Shown here one piece after another: positions 29,781-40,076 of a stretch of 64,000 nucleotides of DNA. Position 1 is the stretch's first letter, and every line of letters begins with the position of its first letter. Source of the DNA: Fimbriimonadales bacterium (lineage in GTDB: Bacteria > Armatimonadota > Fimbriimonadia > Fimbriimonadales > ATM1); contig JBPCLO010000041.1 in assembly GCA_051003155.1 (NCBI GenBank), positions 1-64,000 on the forward strand. The letters run 5' to 3'. The notes beneath the pieces are model-generated. The model was not told the DNA's origin. It saw nothing but the letters and a program-made list of their open reading frames with translations, and did not search any database. The position numbers and the translations under genes are program-made.

Positions 29781-31196
29781 ATGATCCTGAAGAGGTTTTA
29801 CAATAATAGCCTCGCCCATGCAAGCTACCTCGTCGGGTGTCCTGAGAGCGGCGAGGCGATCGTGGTCGATCCGAACCGCGACGCCAAGCAGTACATCGCA
29901 GCCGCGAGCGAGGAACGTCTGAACATCACCGCAGTCACCGAAACCCACATCCACGCCGACTACCTCTCCGGCGTGCGCGAGTTGGCCCTGATGACCGGCG
30001 CGAAGGTCTACCTCTCCGCCGAGGGCGGCGCCGACTGGAAGTACGCTTTCGCCGAACAAGATGGCGTGCAACTCTTGAAAGGGGACGACAGCTTCAAGGT
30101 CGGCACGGTGCGTTTCGACGTCGTTGCGACCCCGGGCCATACGCCCGAACACATCAGTTTCGTCATCACCGACGAGTCTACGAGCCCCGTGCCGCTCGGC
30201 GTTTTCACCGGCGACTTCATCTTCGTGGGAGACGTGGGCAGGCCCGACCTCCTCGAACGCGCGGCGAAAATCGAAGGCACGATGGAAGCCGGCGCTCGCA
30301 CTCTATACAAATCGATCACCGCCTTTAAGAGCGCTTACCCCGACTTCCTGCTCCTGTGGCCCGCCCACGGCGCCGGCTCCGCGTGTGGCAAGAACCTCGG
30401 CGGCGTTCCCGTCAGTAGCCTCGGCTACGAAAAAGCCGCCAACTGGGCACTGCAAGACCCGAGCGAGGAGAAGTTTGTCCAAGAGATCCTATCCGGTCAA
30501 CCCGACCCGCCCAAGTATTTCGCCAAGATGAAGGAGTTGAACAAGACCGGCCCGGCCATACTCGGCCCGTCGATGAAGACGAGGCCGATCGCCGCCGAGC
30601 AATTGCGTTCGATTATGGGAAGGGACGCCGTCCTGCTCGACCTTCGCGCGGCGGCTGAGTACGTACAGAATTCGTGGCCGGATGCCCTTCATATCCCCTC
30701 GGGCAAGGGCCTCCTCACGTGGGCGGGATGGCTGGTCCCCTATGAAACCCCGATCTATTTGCTCGTCGGGAGCCAGGACGAAGCCGACAGCGCCGCGTCC
30801 GACTTGCGGTTGATAGGACTCGACGATGTGCGCGGCTGGTTCGACATGTCTGCGCGTCGCGACTCGGGGGCCGAGGCCGCTCCGGTCGCCGAGATCGGCT
30901 CCGCCCAGATTGCCGGCGAAGACGCGTTCATTCTCGATGTGCGCACTAACCGCGAGTATGAGAACGGCCACATACCCGGCGCGACGAACATCCCGCTCGG
31001 CCACCTCTTCGAGGGCCTTGCCTCCGTTCCCAAAGACAAGCGGATCGCCGTGCATTGCCAGGGCGGTTTGCGCTCGCCCATTGCGGTGAGCGTGCTTCGC
31101 CGTGCAGGATTTGCGGACGTGGTCAACGTTCCGGGCGGGTTTTCCGAATATGAATCTCACGGCCTTCCGGTTGAAGCCGCCGGCAGGACATCCTAA
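29781..31196 (+). CDS. Persulfide dioxygenase-rhodanese fusion (CstB-like)
   Basis: THIHAD, PGHTPEH, GDVGRPD, HGAGSAC; two rhodanese domains, the second with HCQGGLRS. Confidence 0.87.
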   Translation: MILKRFYNNSLAHASYLVGCPESGEAIVVDPNRDAKQYIAAASEERLNITAVTETHIHADYLSGVRELALMTGAKVYLSAEGGADWKYAFAEQDGVQLLKGDDSFKVGTVRFDVVATPGHTPEHISFVITDESTSPVPLGVFTGDFIFVGDVGRPDLLERAAKIEGTMEAGARTLYKSITAFKSAYPDFLLLWPAHGAGSACGKNLGGVPVSSLGYEKAANWALQDPSEEKFVQEILSGQPDPPKYFAKMKELNKTGPAILGPSMKTRPIAAEQLRSIMGRDAVLLDLRAAAEYVQNSWPDALHIPSGKGLLTWAGWLVPYETPIYLLVGSQDEADSAASDLRLIGLDDVRGWFDMSARRDSGAEAAPVAEIGSAQIAGEDAFILDVRTNREYENGHIPGATNIPLGHLFEGLASVPKDKRIAVHCQGGLRSPIAVSVLRRAGFADVVNVPGGFSEYESHGLPVEAAGRTS

Positions 31197-31208
31197 GGTG
31201 CGGGCAGA

Positions 31209-31724
31209 ATGTCAGACGTAATGGACGCCGAGATCGTGGTCAGGCATGGCGAGGTCAGCGACCTGCCGCTGCTCTGGAACATGCTATTCGAAGCCGCGGC
31301 GGTAAACGCGGAAATAAGAAGCATGGGTAAGGAAACCGCGATATCGCTGCCGCAGATACGCAAGTACGCTGAGGGCTGGGGCCGCGACGGGGATGTAGCG
31401 GTCGTCGCTGCCGTACGGACGGGCAAACCGCTCGGAGCTGCATGGTTCCGTCTGTTCGCAGAGGATGACAGTGGCTACGGCTTCGTGGCCGAGGACATTC
31501 CCGAGATGACGATCGGCGTTATCGAGGATGCCCGAGGTCGAGGCATTGGCAGCATGCTGATGGAGGCGATACTGAAGTCTGCAAAGGAGGAAGGCCACCG
31601 CGCCCTGAGCCTTTCAGTGGAATCCGAGAGCGACGCAGTGCGGCTTTACGAGCGATACGGATTTAAGGAGAAGGGCAAATCGAGGCAGCGGGGCACCTCG
31701 AAAACGATGCTGCTCGATTTCTAA
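31209..31724 (+). CDS. GNAT family N-acetyltransferase
   Basis: ARGRGIG acetyl-CoA motif; AVRLYERYGF. Confidence 0.88.
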   Translation: MSDVMDAEIVVRHGEVSDLPLLWNMLFEAAAVNAEIRSMGKETAISLPQIRKYAEGWGRDGDVAVVAAVRTGKPLGAAWFRLFAEDDSGYGFVAEDIPEMTIGVIEDARGRGIGSMLMEAILKSAKEEGHRALSLSVESESDAVRLYERYGFKEKGKSRQRGTSKTMLLDF

Positions 31725-32134
31725 TCGATATCAAGAGTCTGGAATCGCCTTAGCCTTGGGTCGAGAACAGGCAGGAGAAGATCATAGGCTTCTTGAACGA
31801 GCAGATGGATATTCGAGGCCTTCTTGCGCTCGTCGCTCCCTTCCGGGAAATTGGTGGGCAGCGATCTCTCGCTAAGCTTGGCGTAAGCTTCTTTCAGCTG
31901 CTGCAGCGACGCGTCCCGCTTCAGCCCCAGCACCCTATAGGACTCGGCTACCTTTGCATCCCTCTGAAGTGGCGGCGGAGGCGGTGGCGGCTTGGGTCCG
32001 TTCTCCACAGCTGCGGGATCGAGATACTCGTCCAGCTCTTTCCGCGCTGAAATCTCTCGGATCTTCTCAATCCGCTCCCACTCACGCCCTATGTAGGAAC
32101 GAAGCAAATTGTACGCTCGGTCTCCTAAGCCCAA
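31721..32134 (-). CDS. J-like domain protein lacking HPD
   Basis: YRVLGL..ASLQQLKEAYAKL..SLPT..VQEAYDLL. Confidence 0.65.
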   Translation of the reverse strand: MGLGDRAYNLLRSYIGREWERIEKIREISARKELDEYLDPAAVENGPKPPPPPPPLQRDAKVAESYRVLGLKRDASLQQLKEAYAKLSERSLPTNFPEGSDERKKASNIHLLVQEAYDLLLPVLDPRLRRFQTLDID

Positions 32135-32871
32135 TTCTTCGTGCTCACTATTTCAATCGATTCTTCCATGGTCGAGCTCAGCCGGCGGAGCCTGCGTGTC
32201 ATTTCCGAAAACGGGTCCAATTCCTCCGCTGCGGAAGTTGCCCCAGATTCTGCCACAGCTCTGATCAACTGTGAACGGAGTTCGGCTAACGTAGACTCAG
32301 CTTCGTCCAAATTCGCATTCAGCCGCTTTTGGGTTAGCTCCAGGTCTTCGAGAATCCGCAGTTCCTCGCGCCTAGCGGTGAGTGCAGCTTCAGTTGACGC
32401 GCGAATCGTCGGATCGGTTTCCTCGGCAAGCTTTTCCTCGAGGCCCAGGACCGCCGCTCGCGATCTAAAGACGCCGCTCGACAGTTTCTGAACCTGCCTA
32501 CGAGCCTCCAGGATTTCGACGGCACGCACAACGATAGCATCGACCTCGGTTTGCGTGTCCAACGCCATTGCCGAGATGACCGGATTGTCGGTGTGGTTGG
32601 TGATCAAACGCATGGCTTCCTCACGGAGCTTGACGATCGGTTTCAGCCGCGTCTTGCTGGGGGTGCTCACGTCTTCGAGAGTCGGAACCTGCACGCCGCG
32701 CGAACGCCTCGGCCGCATCGCCGAAACCAGTCCTGCGATAGCACCTACGGTTATGAGGGCAGCCGCAAGCGGCGTCCATCCGAAGAAGAGGGCGCCGATG
32801 CCGGCAGCTACCAGCGCCGCGGAGATCGCGAAGCCCACGGGTTTTCGGCGGTGTTCGTGCTGCAGCATCAC
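32125..32871 (-). CDS. Hypothetical membrane protein with a long coiled coil
   Basis: Two N-terminal TM helices then a heptad-rich helical region; overlaps the next gene. Confidence 0.7.
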   Translation of the reverse strand: MMLQHEHRRKPVGFAISAALVAAGIGALFFGWTPLAAALITVGAIAGLVSAMRPRRSRGVQVPTLEDVSTPSKTRLKPIVKLREEAMRLITNHTDNPVISAMALDTQTEVDAIVVRAVEILEARRQVQKLSSGVFRSRAAVLGLEEKLAEETDPTIRASTEAALTARREELRILEDLELTQKRLNANLDEAESTLAELRSQLIRAVAESGATSAAEELDPFSEMTRRLRRLSSTMEESIEIVSTKNWA

Positions 32872-32956
32872 TTCTTGAGAGACTCTCTTGTCGTACCAAG
32901 AATACTACCGCCCAACGCGCCACTTGAGATTCATTCTGCCCGTGGATAAATGAATA

Positions 32957-33601
32957 CTACGGGTATCGAAAATGGCCGACGATCGCCCAGCATGTCAGCG
33001 CGTCTTCCTCGACACACGTTCCCGCATTATGGATGACAAGGGGCAGCCCGGACGGATTTCTCCTATTCGAGACGATCCCGCAGTGATCGAGGCTCGGTGA
33101 CATCTTCCAGTAGACAATGTCTCCCGGCAGCCACAATTGGGTGTCCGTGGTGGCCCAAGATAAGTCCAAGGCGTATCGCTTCATAAAAGCAATCTGATTG
33201 GGCACGCGTCGGTGGTCGATATTGGTATCGGGTCTCCGTAGTCCGTAGCGAGCCGGATACTTCCCGAAGTTCTGGGACATATCTTCGTGGATCAGCTTCT
33301 GCAGATCGTGCCCGGCGGCGCGCAGACTTCTGATCACCACATCGGTGCAAACGCCTCTGTTTACTGGGAGGTCTCCATTCGGATAAGCGATATCGAAGTA
33401 ACCGGGGTGGTAAATGGTGCCGATCTGGGCGAGGGCCGCGCGGACAATCTTCTCCGCGACGGGAGTGTGAGCTCTTTCGCGAATTTCGGATTCGGGAGCG
33501 GGCAGCAATGCACCTCTGTCGGACGGCGCCAAACGAACGTCGACCAAAACCGCGCCCATGACGAGGACTGTGCCCAGCCACCACTTTACGCATCGTTTCA
33601 T
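32957..33601 (-). CDS. DUF1287 (YijF-like) protein
   Basis: YPNGDLP, GVCTDVVIR, DTNIDHRRVPN, GDIVYW, HCGIV. Confidence 0.87.
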   Translation of the reverse strand: MKRCVKWWLGTVLVMGAVLVDVRLAPSDRGALLPAPESEIRERAHTPVAEKIVRAALAQIGTIYHPGYFDIAYPNGDLPVNRGVCTDVVIRSLRAAGHDLQKLIHEDMSQNFGKYPARYGLRRPDTNIDHRRVPNQIAFMKRYALDLSWATTDTQLWLPGDIVYWKMSPSLDHCGIVSNRRNPSGLPLVIHNAGTCVEEDALTCWAIVGHFRYP

Positions 33602-33639
33602 CTCATGATGATAAACGTCCCCTCAGGAGTTCAAGTGCC

Positions 33640-34929
33640 TTACATGGCTGCGACGCCGGAGCTTCCCGCCGCCGGCTCATGGATGACCCTTTGTATCCAG
33701 CCCCGAGCGACAGACGCTTCGGCAACCCGTTCGACGGCGACTGCATAAGCGGCTAGCCGCGAGTCGACGCCGTGCATGTTGCGAGCGAATTGAAACGAGG
33801 CGAAGGCCCCAGACATGACCTCGTCCAGCCGCCGGTGCACATCCTCCAGCTTCCACCGGTCGAGGGAAGCGTTTTGAACCTGCTCGAAATAAGAAACCGT
33901 AACGCCGCCCGCGTTGCACAGGAAGTCGGGGATCACGAAAACCCCCTTGCCGTGCAGAATCTTGTCCGCCTCGGGTGTTGTCGGCCCATTCGCGAGTTCC
34001 GCGATTAGCTTTGCCTTGACGTCGGCGGCATTGTGCGCAGTGATCGCATTTTCGAGCGCGCTCGGCACCAGCACGTCGACATCCAGTTCGAGCAACTCCT
34101 CATTCGAAATCTGTTTGGCTGAATGTGCTGTTACGCTGCCTCTCGACTCCTTCGTGTCGGAGACGGCGTCGAAGTGGAGCCCCTCTTGCGAATAGACACC
34201 TCCTTTCGAATCGCTGACCGCAACTACTTTCGCGCCGAAAAGCTGTTCAACCAACCTATGGGCGTGCATGCCCGCATTGCCATACCCCTGGATCGCAACC
34301 GTCGCTCCGGACAAGTCGAGGCGGATCTCGCGGGCTGCCTCTCGCAGCGTAATCATTCCTCCACGCGCTGTCGCGTCGTCTCGGCCAGGAGATCCGCCCA
34401 GTTCGAGCGGCTTGCCGGTGATGGCTCCAGGAGCCTTATGCCCAACGATTGTCTCGTATTCGTCCAGCATCCAGGCCATGATTTGCGGAGTGGTGTAAAC
34501 GTCGGGAGCGGGGACGTCGATATCCGGCCCAATGACGTGGGCGATCTTGCGGATATATCCGCGGCTAAGCCGCTCGAGCTCGCCCTCGCTCATCCTTTTG
34601 GGGTCGCAAATCACGCCACCCTTGCCACCGCCTAGCGGGATGTCTACGATAGCGGTCTTCCAAGTCATCCAGGCCGCGAGCGCACGAACCGTCCCGAGCG
34701 TCTCCTCGGGGTGAAACCGCAATCCGCCCTTGCAGGGCCCCCTGGCGGAGTTGTATTGGACTCGGAAACCAGTGAATATCCTTGTGGATCCGTCGTCCAT
34801 GCGAACTGGAATGCGCACGCAGTGCTCGTCCATCGGCTCGCGCAAGAGCTCCCTGGCTTCGTCAGAAAGATGCAAAATGTCGGCTGCGGCGTCGAACTGA
34901 GCCTGTGCCTGTTCGAAAAGGTTCGTCAT
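33640..34929 (-). CDS. gdhA: Glutamate dehydrogenase (Glu/Leu/Phe/Val family), copy 1
   Basis: [37 protein letters not shown]. Confidence 0.9.
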   Translation of the reverse strand: MTNLFEQAQAQFDAAADILHLSDEARELLREPMDEHCVRIPVRMDDGSTRIFTGFRVQYNSARGPCKGGLRFHPEETLGTVRALAAWMTWKTAIVDIPLGGGKGGVICDPKRMSEGELERLSRGYIRKIAHVIGPDIDVPAPDVYTTPQIMAWMLDEYETIVGHKAPGAITGKPLELGGSPGRDDATARGGMITLREAAREIRLDLSGATVAIQGYGNAGMHAHRLVEQLFGAKVVAVSDSKGGVYSQEGLHFDAVSDTKESRGSVTAHSAKQISNEELLELDVDVLVPSALENAITAHNAADVKAKLIAELANGPTTPEADKILHGKGVFVIPDFLCNAGGVTVSYFEQVQNASLDRWKLEDVHRRLDEVMSGAFASFQFARNMHGVDSRLAAYAVAVERVAEASVARGWIQRVIHEPAAGSSGVAAM

Positions 34930-35126
34930 TGAATCTGCTCCCACTCCGGTGTGGCAGGCACAAGGTACCCGCAAATTAGTCCAAGACGCGCGAGTGTGGC
35001 CACTTCGCCGCGCACGGAACTGCGAACGTCCTAAGAATCAACTAGGGGTTGCAGAAATAGCCCGGCGCCATTAAGTTGGCGCCAAGCTTTGTGGAACCGG
35101 GGGCTTACCGCGATTGGGCGATGGGC

Positions 35127-35486
35127 CTACTTCAGTTCTATCACCACCAGCTTCATCGCTGTCTTGCCCATATTCTTCGCCAAATGGCTCTGGGCCGGTA
35201 GGAACAACGTCGCGCCGGTAGCGACGTCCATGGTCATCGGCTCTTTGCCGACTTCGTGAATCATCAAGCGTCCGCCCTTTACCGCATACACCACGTGATC
35301 CGGATGGGCATGAACGTCGATAGCTTGCCCGGGCGCAAATTTAACCACGAAGACCCGGACACGGTCGTTATCTAGCTTCAAGTTGTAGATGCCCGGGCCG
35401 ACCCTTAGCGGGTCTTGCGGCATGTAGGCAAAGGCCGTCAAAAGCCCCAGAGCGACAATAGCCGCAATCCACTTCATCAACTTCAT
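35127..35486 (-). CDS. Secreted cupin-domain protein
   Basis: Signal peptide; HAHP..H cupin motif; AGGAGG RBS. Confidence 0.75.
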   Translation of the reverse strand: MKLMKWIAAIVALGLLTAFAYMPQDPLRVGPGIYNLKLDNDRVRVFVVKFAPGQAIDVHAHPDHVVYAVKGGRLMIHEVGKEPMTMDVATGATLFLPAQSHLAKNMGKTAMKLVVIELK

Positions 35487-35594
35487 TAGTTTCCTCCTTA
35501 CCGCCGCTCCATACGCGGCTAGGGCTTATGATAACCGCACGAACACAGCCTGTCAAGACACTGTCCGAAAAGTTAGTGGGCCATAATTAAAGAA

Positions 35595-35915
35595 ATGGCT
35601 AACGATGCGTTCGCGAGGCTCGCGCAGATCATGGGCTGCAAATGGTCGATGGGCATTCTCGATGCAATCGACCGAGGAGTGATACGCCCGACAAAGATCG
35701 AGCGCGAGCTCGACGGTATCTCCACAAAAGTTTTCTACCGCTGCATCGACCGCCTGCAGAAGGAAGGCTTCCTTCTCAGGGAGACGTTTGATGAGATTCC
35801 GCCGCACGTCGAATATCGATTCAGCGACGGCGGCCGCGTTTTAATCGAGCTTGTGCACCACGCGCGCAAGCTCTCAGATATGTGGCCGGAACTCGCGCCG
35901 ATGGGGTTGGATTAG
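35595..35915 (+). CDS. HxlR family winged-helix regulator
   Basis: GCKWSMGIL, GISTKV, EIPPHVEY; divergent from the cupin gene. Confidence 0.85.
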   Translation: MANDAFARLAQIMGCKWSMGILDAIDRGVIRPTKIERELDGISTKVFYRCIDRLQKEGFLLRETFDEIPPHVEYRFSDGGRVLIELVHHARKLSDMWPELAPMGLD

Positions 35916-37001
35916 CTCCAAGGCCATCTTTGCGGTTCGCGTAATGGCGTCGTTTGGACCTAGCATCCTGACAATTTCTTCGAAATCGTCGAGTTGCGCC
36001 TGCCGCTCGGTGCTGTCTCTTAGCAGTTTGGATGTCTCTGTCGCGATGGTCTCAGACGAGGCGTTCGGGTGGTAGAGTTCAGGAACCGCACGTCTTTCCA
36101 AAAGGATGTTCGGCAACGCTATGAAGTCGACCTTGAGCCTAATGAGCTTCGCCTCGAGAATCATCAAGGGGTCCAACACGTAGGCCGCCACCATCGGTGT
36201 CCGACAAACTGCTGCCTCTAGCGTCGCAGTGCCTGAGCAGATAATCGCTGCCCGCGAGCGCTTCAAAGTCCCGTAAGGTCCGGCGCGGCTTACTTCCGCC
36301 TTCATCGGACAGTGTCTGTTCCACAGACGGCCGAGCATGTCTGAATCCGCGTTCGGCGCAGCCACGATAACCGGTTTGGCCGCCATCTCACCGAGAAGCG
36401 CAACGGCCCTTGCGAATACCGGCAGATTGAGTTCTATTTCATGTTTGCGGCTGCCCGGCAAGATCGCCAAGACATCGCGCTCGCCTTCGGGAGCCTCGCC
36501 GGCCATTTGGAGAACCTGGTGGCCAACCCATTCGACATTGGCCCCCGCCTTCCGCAGCATGTCCGCAGACCAGGAGAACGGCGTGGCGATGCTGTCGGCA
36601 ACGCGAGCCAAGTCAGTGCCTTGTCTGTCCCTGCGCCAGCTGCCCGGAGGCATAAAGTAGAGCACCCTACAGCCGAGCTTCTTGGCCTTGCGACAAAGCC
36701 GAACATTCATGTAGCCGAAATCGATCGCGATCACCAAGTCGGGAGTATTCGACTCGAGCCATTTTGAAACTTCCCACGCGCCAATGAGCAGCTTTGGCGC
36801 CATTTTCAGCGCTTGGTAAACGCCGAGCGCGCCCCAAGTCGAGCTGTCTCCTATCAAGTGTGCGCCCGCCGCTTCGAGCTTCCTCCCACCAACCGCGAAA
36901 AACTCGCCGTTGAAGCCCTGACGCCTCATCTCCTTGAGCAGTTCCGCCCCAACCGAGTCGCCACTGGCCTCGCCCGTGGAGATCAGGACGCGCAGCGTCA
37001 C
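35874..37001 (-). CDS. lpxB: Lipid-A-disaccharide synthase
   Basis: GEASGD, LPGSRKHE, SGTATLE, LPNIL, VPEL. Confidence 0.92.
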   Translation of the reverse strand: MTLRVLISTGEASGDSVGAELLKEMRRQGFNGEFFAVGGRKLEAAGAHLIGDSSTWGALGVYQALKMAPKLLIGAWEVSKWLESNTPDLVIAIDFGYMNVRLCRKAKKLGCRVLYFMPPGSWRRDRQGTDLARVADSIATPFSWSADMLRKAGANVEWVGHQVLQMAGEAPEGERDVLAILPGSRKHEIELNLPVFARAVALLGEMAAKPVIVAAPNADSDMLGRLWNRHCPMKAEVSRAGPYGTLKRSRAAIICSGTATLEAAVCRTPMVAAYVLDPLMILEAKLIRLKVDFIALPNILLERRAVPELYHPNASSETIATETSKLLRDSTERQAQLDDFEEIVRMLGPNDAITRTAKMALELIQPHRREFRPHI

Positions 37002-37786
37002 TTCTGGTCTTGTCTGCCGTAGCGCCCTTCGCCGACGTTCTCGATGAACGCGAGCAAGTAGTCGACCTCAGGGTGCGGCTGAATTTCTGCGCGAACCTTC
37101 TCGATTGCGTCAGGCATGCTGAGCTCCGACCGGTAAATGATTTTGCATGCCTTGTGCAGAGCCATCCTCACGTCGGGCCCATAGCCCAATCGGCGCAGGC
37201 CGATGGCATTGATATCGTATACGCGGCAGCGTCTCCCTTCCGTGAGCATGAAGGGTGGCACGTCGACTCCCACGCCGGACATCGCACCGATCATGCAGTA
37301 CTTCCCGATCCGCACGAACTGATGAACGCCGGTCATGCCGCCGATGTTCACGCCTTCCTCGATGGTCACATGGCCGCTGATGCCGCAGCTGTTCGCGATT
37401 GTCACGTTGTCATGGATCGTGCAATTGTGGCCAACGTGTGTAAAGGCCATTAGGAAATTGTTGTTGCCGATAACGGTGGACTTGCCCGCGCCGGTGCCTC
37501 TGTGCAGGGTCACAAACTCACGAAATACATTGTCGTCGCCGATCTTGAGGTACGTCGTCTCGCCTTTGTACTTGCGGTCCTGAGGGTCGCCGCCGATGAT
37601 GGCTCCTTGCCCGATGACGTTGCGATCGCCCATCGTGACGTCGCCGCGAACTACCGAATGGCCCTCCACCAAGCAAACTTTCCCAAGCTTCGCTCCAGAC
37701 TCGATAATCGCGAACGGACCCACCTTCGTACCTGCGCCGATCGATGCTTTTGAATCGACGATAGCGGACGGGTGGATTTCCGTCAA
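36998..37786 (-). CDS. lpxA: UDP-GlcNAc O-acyltransferase
   Basis: IHPSAIV, hexapeptide repeats, PQD, REFVTLHRGT, HVGHNC, HQF, DVPP. Confidence 0.93.
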   Translation of the reverse strand: MTEIHPSAIVDSKASIGAGTKVGPFAIIESGAKLGKVCLVEGHSVVRGDVTMGDRNVIGQGAIIGGDPQDRKYKGETTYLKIGDDNVFREFVTLHRGTGAGKSTVIGNNNFLMAFTHVGHNCTIHDNVTIANSCGISGHVTIEEGVNIGGMTGVHQFVRIGKYCMIGAMSGVGVDVPPFMLTEGRRCRVYDINAIGLRRLGYGPDVRMALHKACKIIYRSELSMPDAIEKVRAEIQPHPEVDYLLAFIENVGEGRYGRQDQK

Positions 37787-38220
37787 CTCGAATCCCCGTT
37801 CTTGAGAATTTTGAATGTTAATTCTGCCTCCGCGACGATCTCCCCATCGACCGTGGCGACGCCCTTCATGCAGCCGATGCCTTTGCGAAACCAAACGACC
37901 TCGGCGTTGGTCATCAACCGGTCGCCGGGAACAACCATCCGACGAAATCTCACCTTGTCCAGCCCGACCACGAGTGGCTTAACACCTCCGAACTCCGGGT
38001 CCGACATTAACACTAACGCGCCAACCTGGGCCATCGCTTCTATGATAAGCACGCCGGGCATGATCGGCATTCCCGGATAGTGCCCCTGGAAGAAGTACTC
38101 GTTGATGCTGAGATTTTTATAGCCCCGGCCTCGCTTTCCGACTTCGAGTTCCTCCATTCTGTCCACGAGCAAGAACGGAAACCGGTGGGGCAGTATCTTC
38201 TGGATGTCGTTAATGTCCAA
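37783..38220 (-). CDS. fabZ: 3-hydroxyacyl-ACP dehydratase
   Basis: LPHRFPFLLVD, FQGHYP, PGVLIIEAMAQ. Confidence 0.95.
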   Translation of the reverse strand: MDINDIQKILPHRFPFLLVDRMEELEVGKRGRGYKNLSINEYFFQGHYPGMPIMPGVLIIEAMAQVGALVLMSDPEFGGVKPLVVGLDKVRFRRMVVPGDRLMTNAEVVWFRKGIGCMKGVATVDGEIVAEAELTFKILKNGDSS

Positions 38221-38223
38221 TAT

Positions 38224-39036
38224 CTAAGTCTCCCATTCGCAGATGTCAACGAGCCTGGCTGCTGCTTCGACGTTCATCTTGTGCCCCGTCTTCTCGGCCA
38301 CCACATTCAGAAATCGTAGGGGTATGCCCGCGAGCGCGATGTCGCCCATGCAGTCGAGCAGCTTGTGCCGCGGCGCCTCGTCCTTGAAGAGCTGCTTAGT
38401 AAGATACCCATCCCTGCCGATCACGAGCGTGTTCTCCTTTGTGCCGCCCTTGCCCAGGCCGGCCTTTCGCAGCCATTCGAGTTCTTCTTCGTAAGCGAAT
38501 GTTCGAGCGGGCGCGACCTCTGCAGCGTAGGTTTCCTCATCGATGTTTGTCTCAAAAACTTGAGGGCCGGGGAAACACCCTTCGCGGTGGTACTCGTACC
38601 GCCAACGCCCCGATCCGACCGAGACACCGATGCGACACTCCCCTTCCTGCAGATTCACCCTGCCGAACAGGCTCAAAGCTGACTTCCGTCCGACCGACGC
38701 CAATCCCGAAGCCCTCAAGCCGGCAAGGTAGGTCGCAGAGCCCCCGTCCAGAATGGGCATTTCGTCCCCGTCGACTCCGACTTCCGCATCGGTCACGCCA
38801 AGGGCGGCGAACGCACTCATCAGGTGCTCTACCATCCGGACCGTGCCGAGGGTCGTGCTCCGCGTGGTGTCCGTTACCGAATCGGGTGTGGCCGAGAAGC
38901 GCTCCCCGGACCGTGCGAAAGCGATACCATCCCCACCCGCCGTTACCTTCACCAGAGATGCGGTGTCGCTGTGGATACCAACGCCTTCGAACTCTGCAGT
39001 CCTCTCCAGCGTAATGCGATCGAACTCGAACCTCAT
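38224..39036 (-). CDS. lpxC: UDP-3-O-acyl-GlcNAc deacetylase
   Basis: GVGIHS, VEHLMSA, PILDG, PARTF, HKLLDCMGD. Confidence 0.92.
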   Translation of the reverse strand: MRFEFDRITLERTAEFEGVGIHSDTASLVKVTAGGDGIAFARSGERFSATPDSVTDTTRSTTLGTVRMVEHLMSAFAALGVTDAEVGVDGDEMPILDGGSATYLAGLRASGLASVGRKSALSLFGRVNLQEGECRIGVSVGSGRWRYEYHREGCFPGPQVFETNIDEETYAAEVAPARTFAYEEELEWLRKAGLGKGGTKENTLVIGRDGYLTKQLFKDEAPRHKLLDCMGDIALAGIPLRFLNVVAEKTGHKMNVEAAARLVDICEWET

Positions 39037-40076
39037 GCTTTGCCGCGGAGCTCCGCGATCTCGGCCTCGAGGTGCAGCACATGCCTTTGCAGCTTGGGGA
39101 GCTCCGAGAGAGCGACCTGGATCCGCTTTTCCAATCCCGCCTTCCGAGGCACTAGGGCCCCCCAATACGCGCCTGGCTCGTCGATATCGGCGGTTGCGGC
39201 CGTCTTGGCAGCAAGCGTAACATCATCAGTTATCGTAACGTGATCCTTGATCCCCGCCTGTCCGCCAATGAAGTTTCGAGCCCCGACTCTTGCGCTGCCG
39301 CCAACGCCCGTTTGCCCCGCTACGACCGTGTCTTGACCCACTTCCACGTTGTGTGCGATCTGCACCAGATTATCGATCTTCACGCCCTTCCCGATGCGCG
39401 TATTTCCGGCCGTCGCCCGATCGACCGCAGTCAGCGCGCCGATCTCGCAATCGTCTTCGATTCGCACTCCACCCACCTGGGGCACCTTGCGATGCCGCGA
39501 ACTATCCCAAAAGTATCCGAATCCGTCCGCCCCGAGCACCGTTCCCGCGTGGATGATCGATCGGTCGCCGATCTGCACGTCGCGGTAGAGCGTCACACGC
39601 GGGTAAAGCTTTGCGCCCTCGCCGATCTTGCATACCTCGCCAACATAGCAAAATGCGTGAATCTTGGCCCCTGTCTCAACATGGGTTCCGCCCTCGACGA
39701 CACAGAACGGGCCGACGCTCGCTCCTGCATCGATTTGGGCGTCAGCCGATACGATGGCTGTCGCGTGGATGCCTTCCGCGAGTGGCAGGTCACGCCAAGT
39801 TATGGCCAAGATGCGGCCGAACGCTTCTCTAGGAGACTGGCAGCGAATATGAGGCTTCTTGCAGTTCGCCTCGCCGAGTTTCACGAGCACGGCTCCGACA
39901 TCGGTAGCCTCGACGATCGCAAGGTATTTCGGCGACTCAGCGAACGTGATGCCTTCCGCGCAGTCGTCTCCTGCGGGGACAGGTAGGGCAATCCGCAAAT
40001 CTGGTGGACCGTACAGCTCGCCCCCGACGATCTCCGCAAGTTCTGACAGGGTCCAGCCTATTGATGGTTGATCCAA
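39033..40076 (-). CDS. lpxD: UDP-3-O-acyl-glucosamine N-acyltransferase
   Basis: GADGFGY, KVPQVGGV, VDRAT, KIDNLVQIAHNV; start approximate. Confidence 0.92.
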   Translation of the reverse strand: MDQPSIGWTLSELAEIVGGELYGPPDLRIALPVPAGDDCAEGITFAESPKYLAIVEATDVGAVLVKLGEANCKKPHIRCQSPREAFGRILAITWRDLPLAEGIHATAIVSADAQIDAGASVGPFCVVEGGTHVETGAKIHAFCYVGEVCKIGEGAKLYPRVTLYRDVQIGDRSIIHAGTVLGADGFGYFWDSSRHRKVPQVGGVRIEDDCEIGALTAVDRATAGNTRIGKGVKIDNLVQIAHNVEVGQDTVVAGQTGVGGSARVGARNFIGGQAGIKDHVTITDDVTLAAKTAATADIDEPGAYWGALVPRKAGLEKRIQVALSELPKLQRHVLHLEAEIAELRGKA

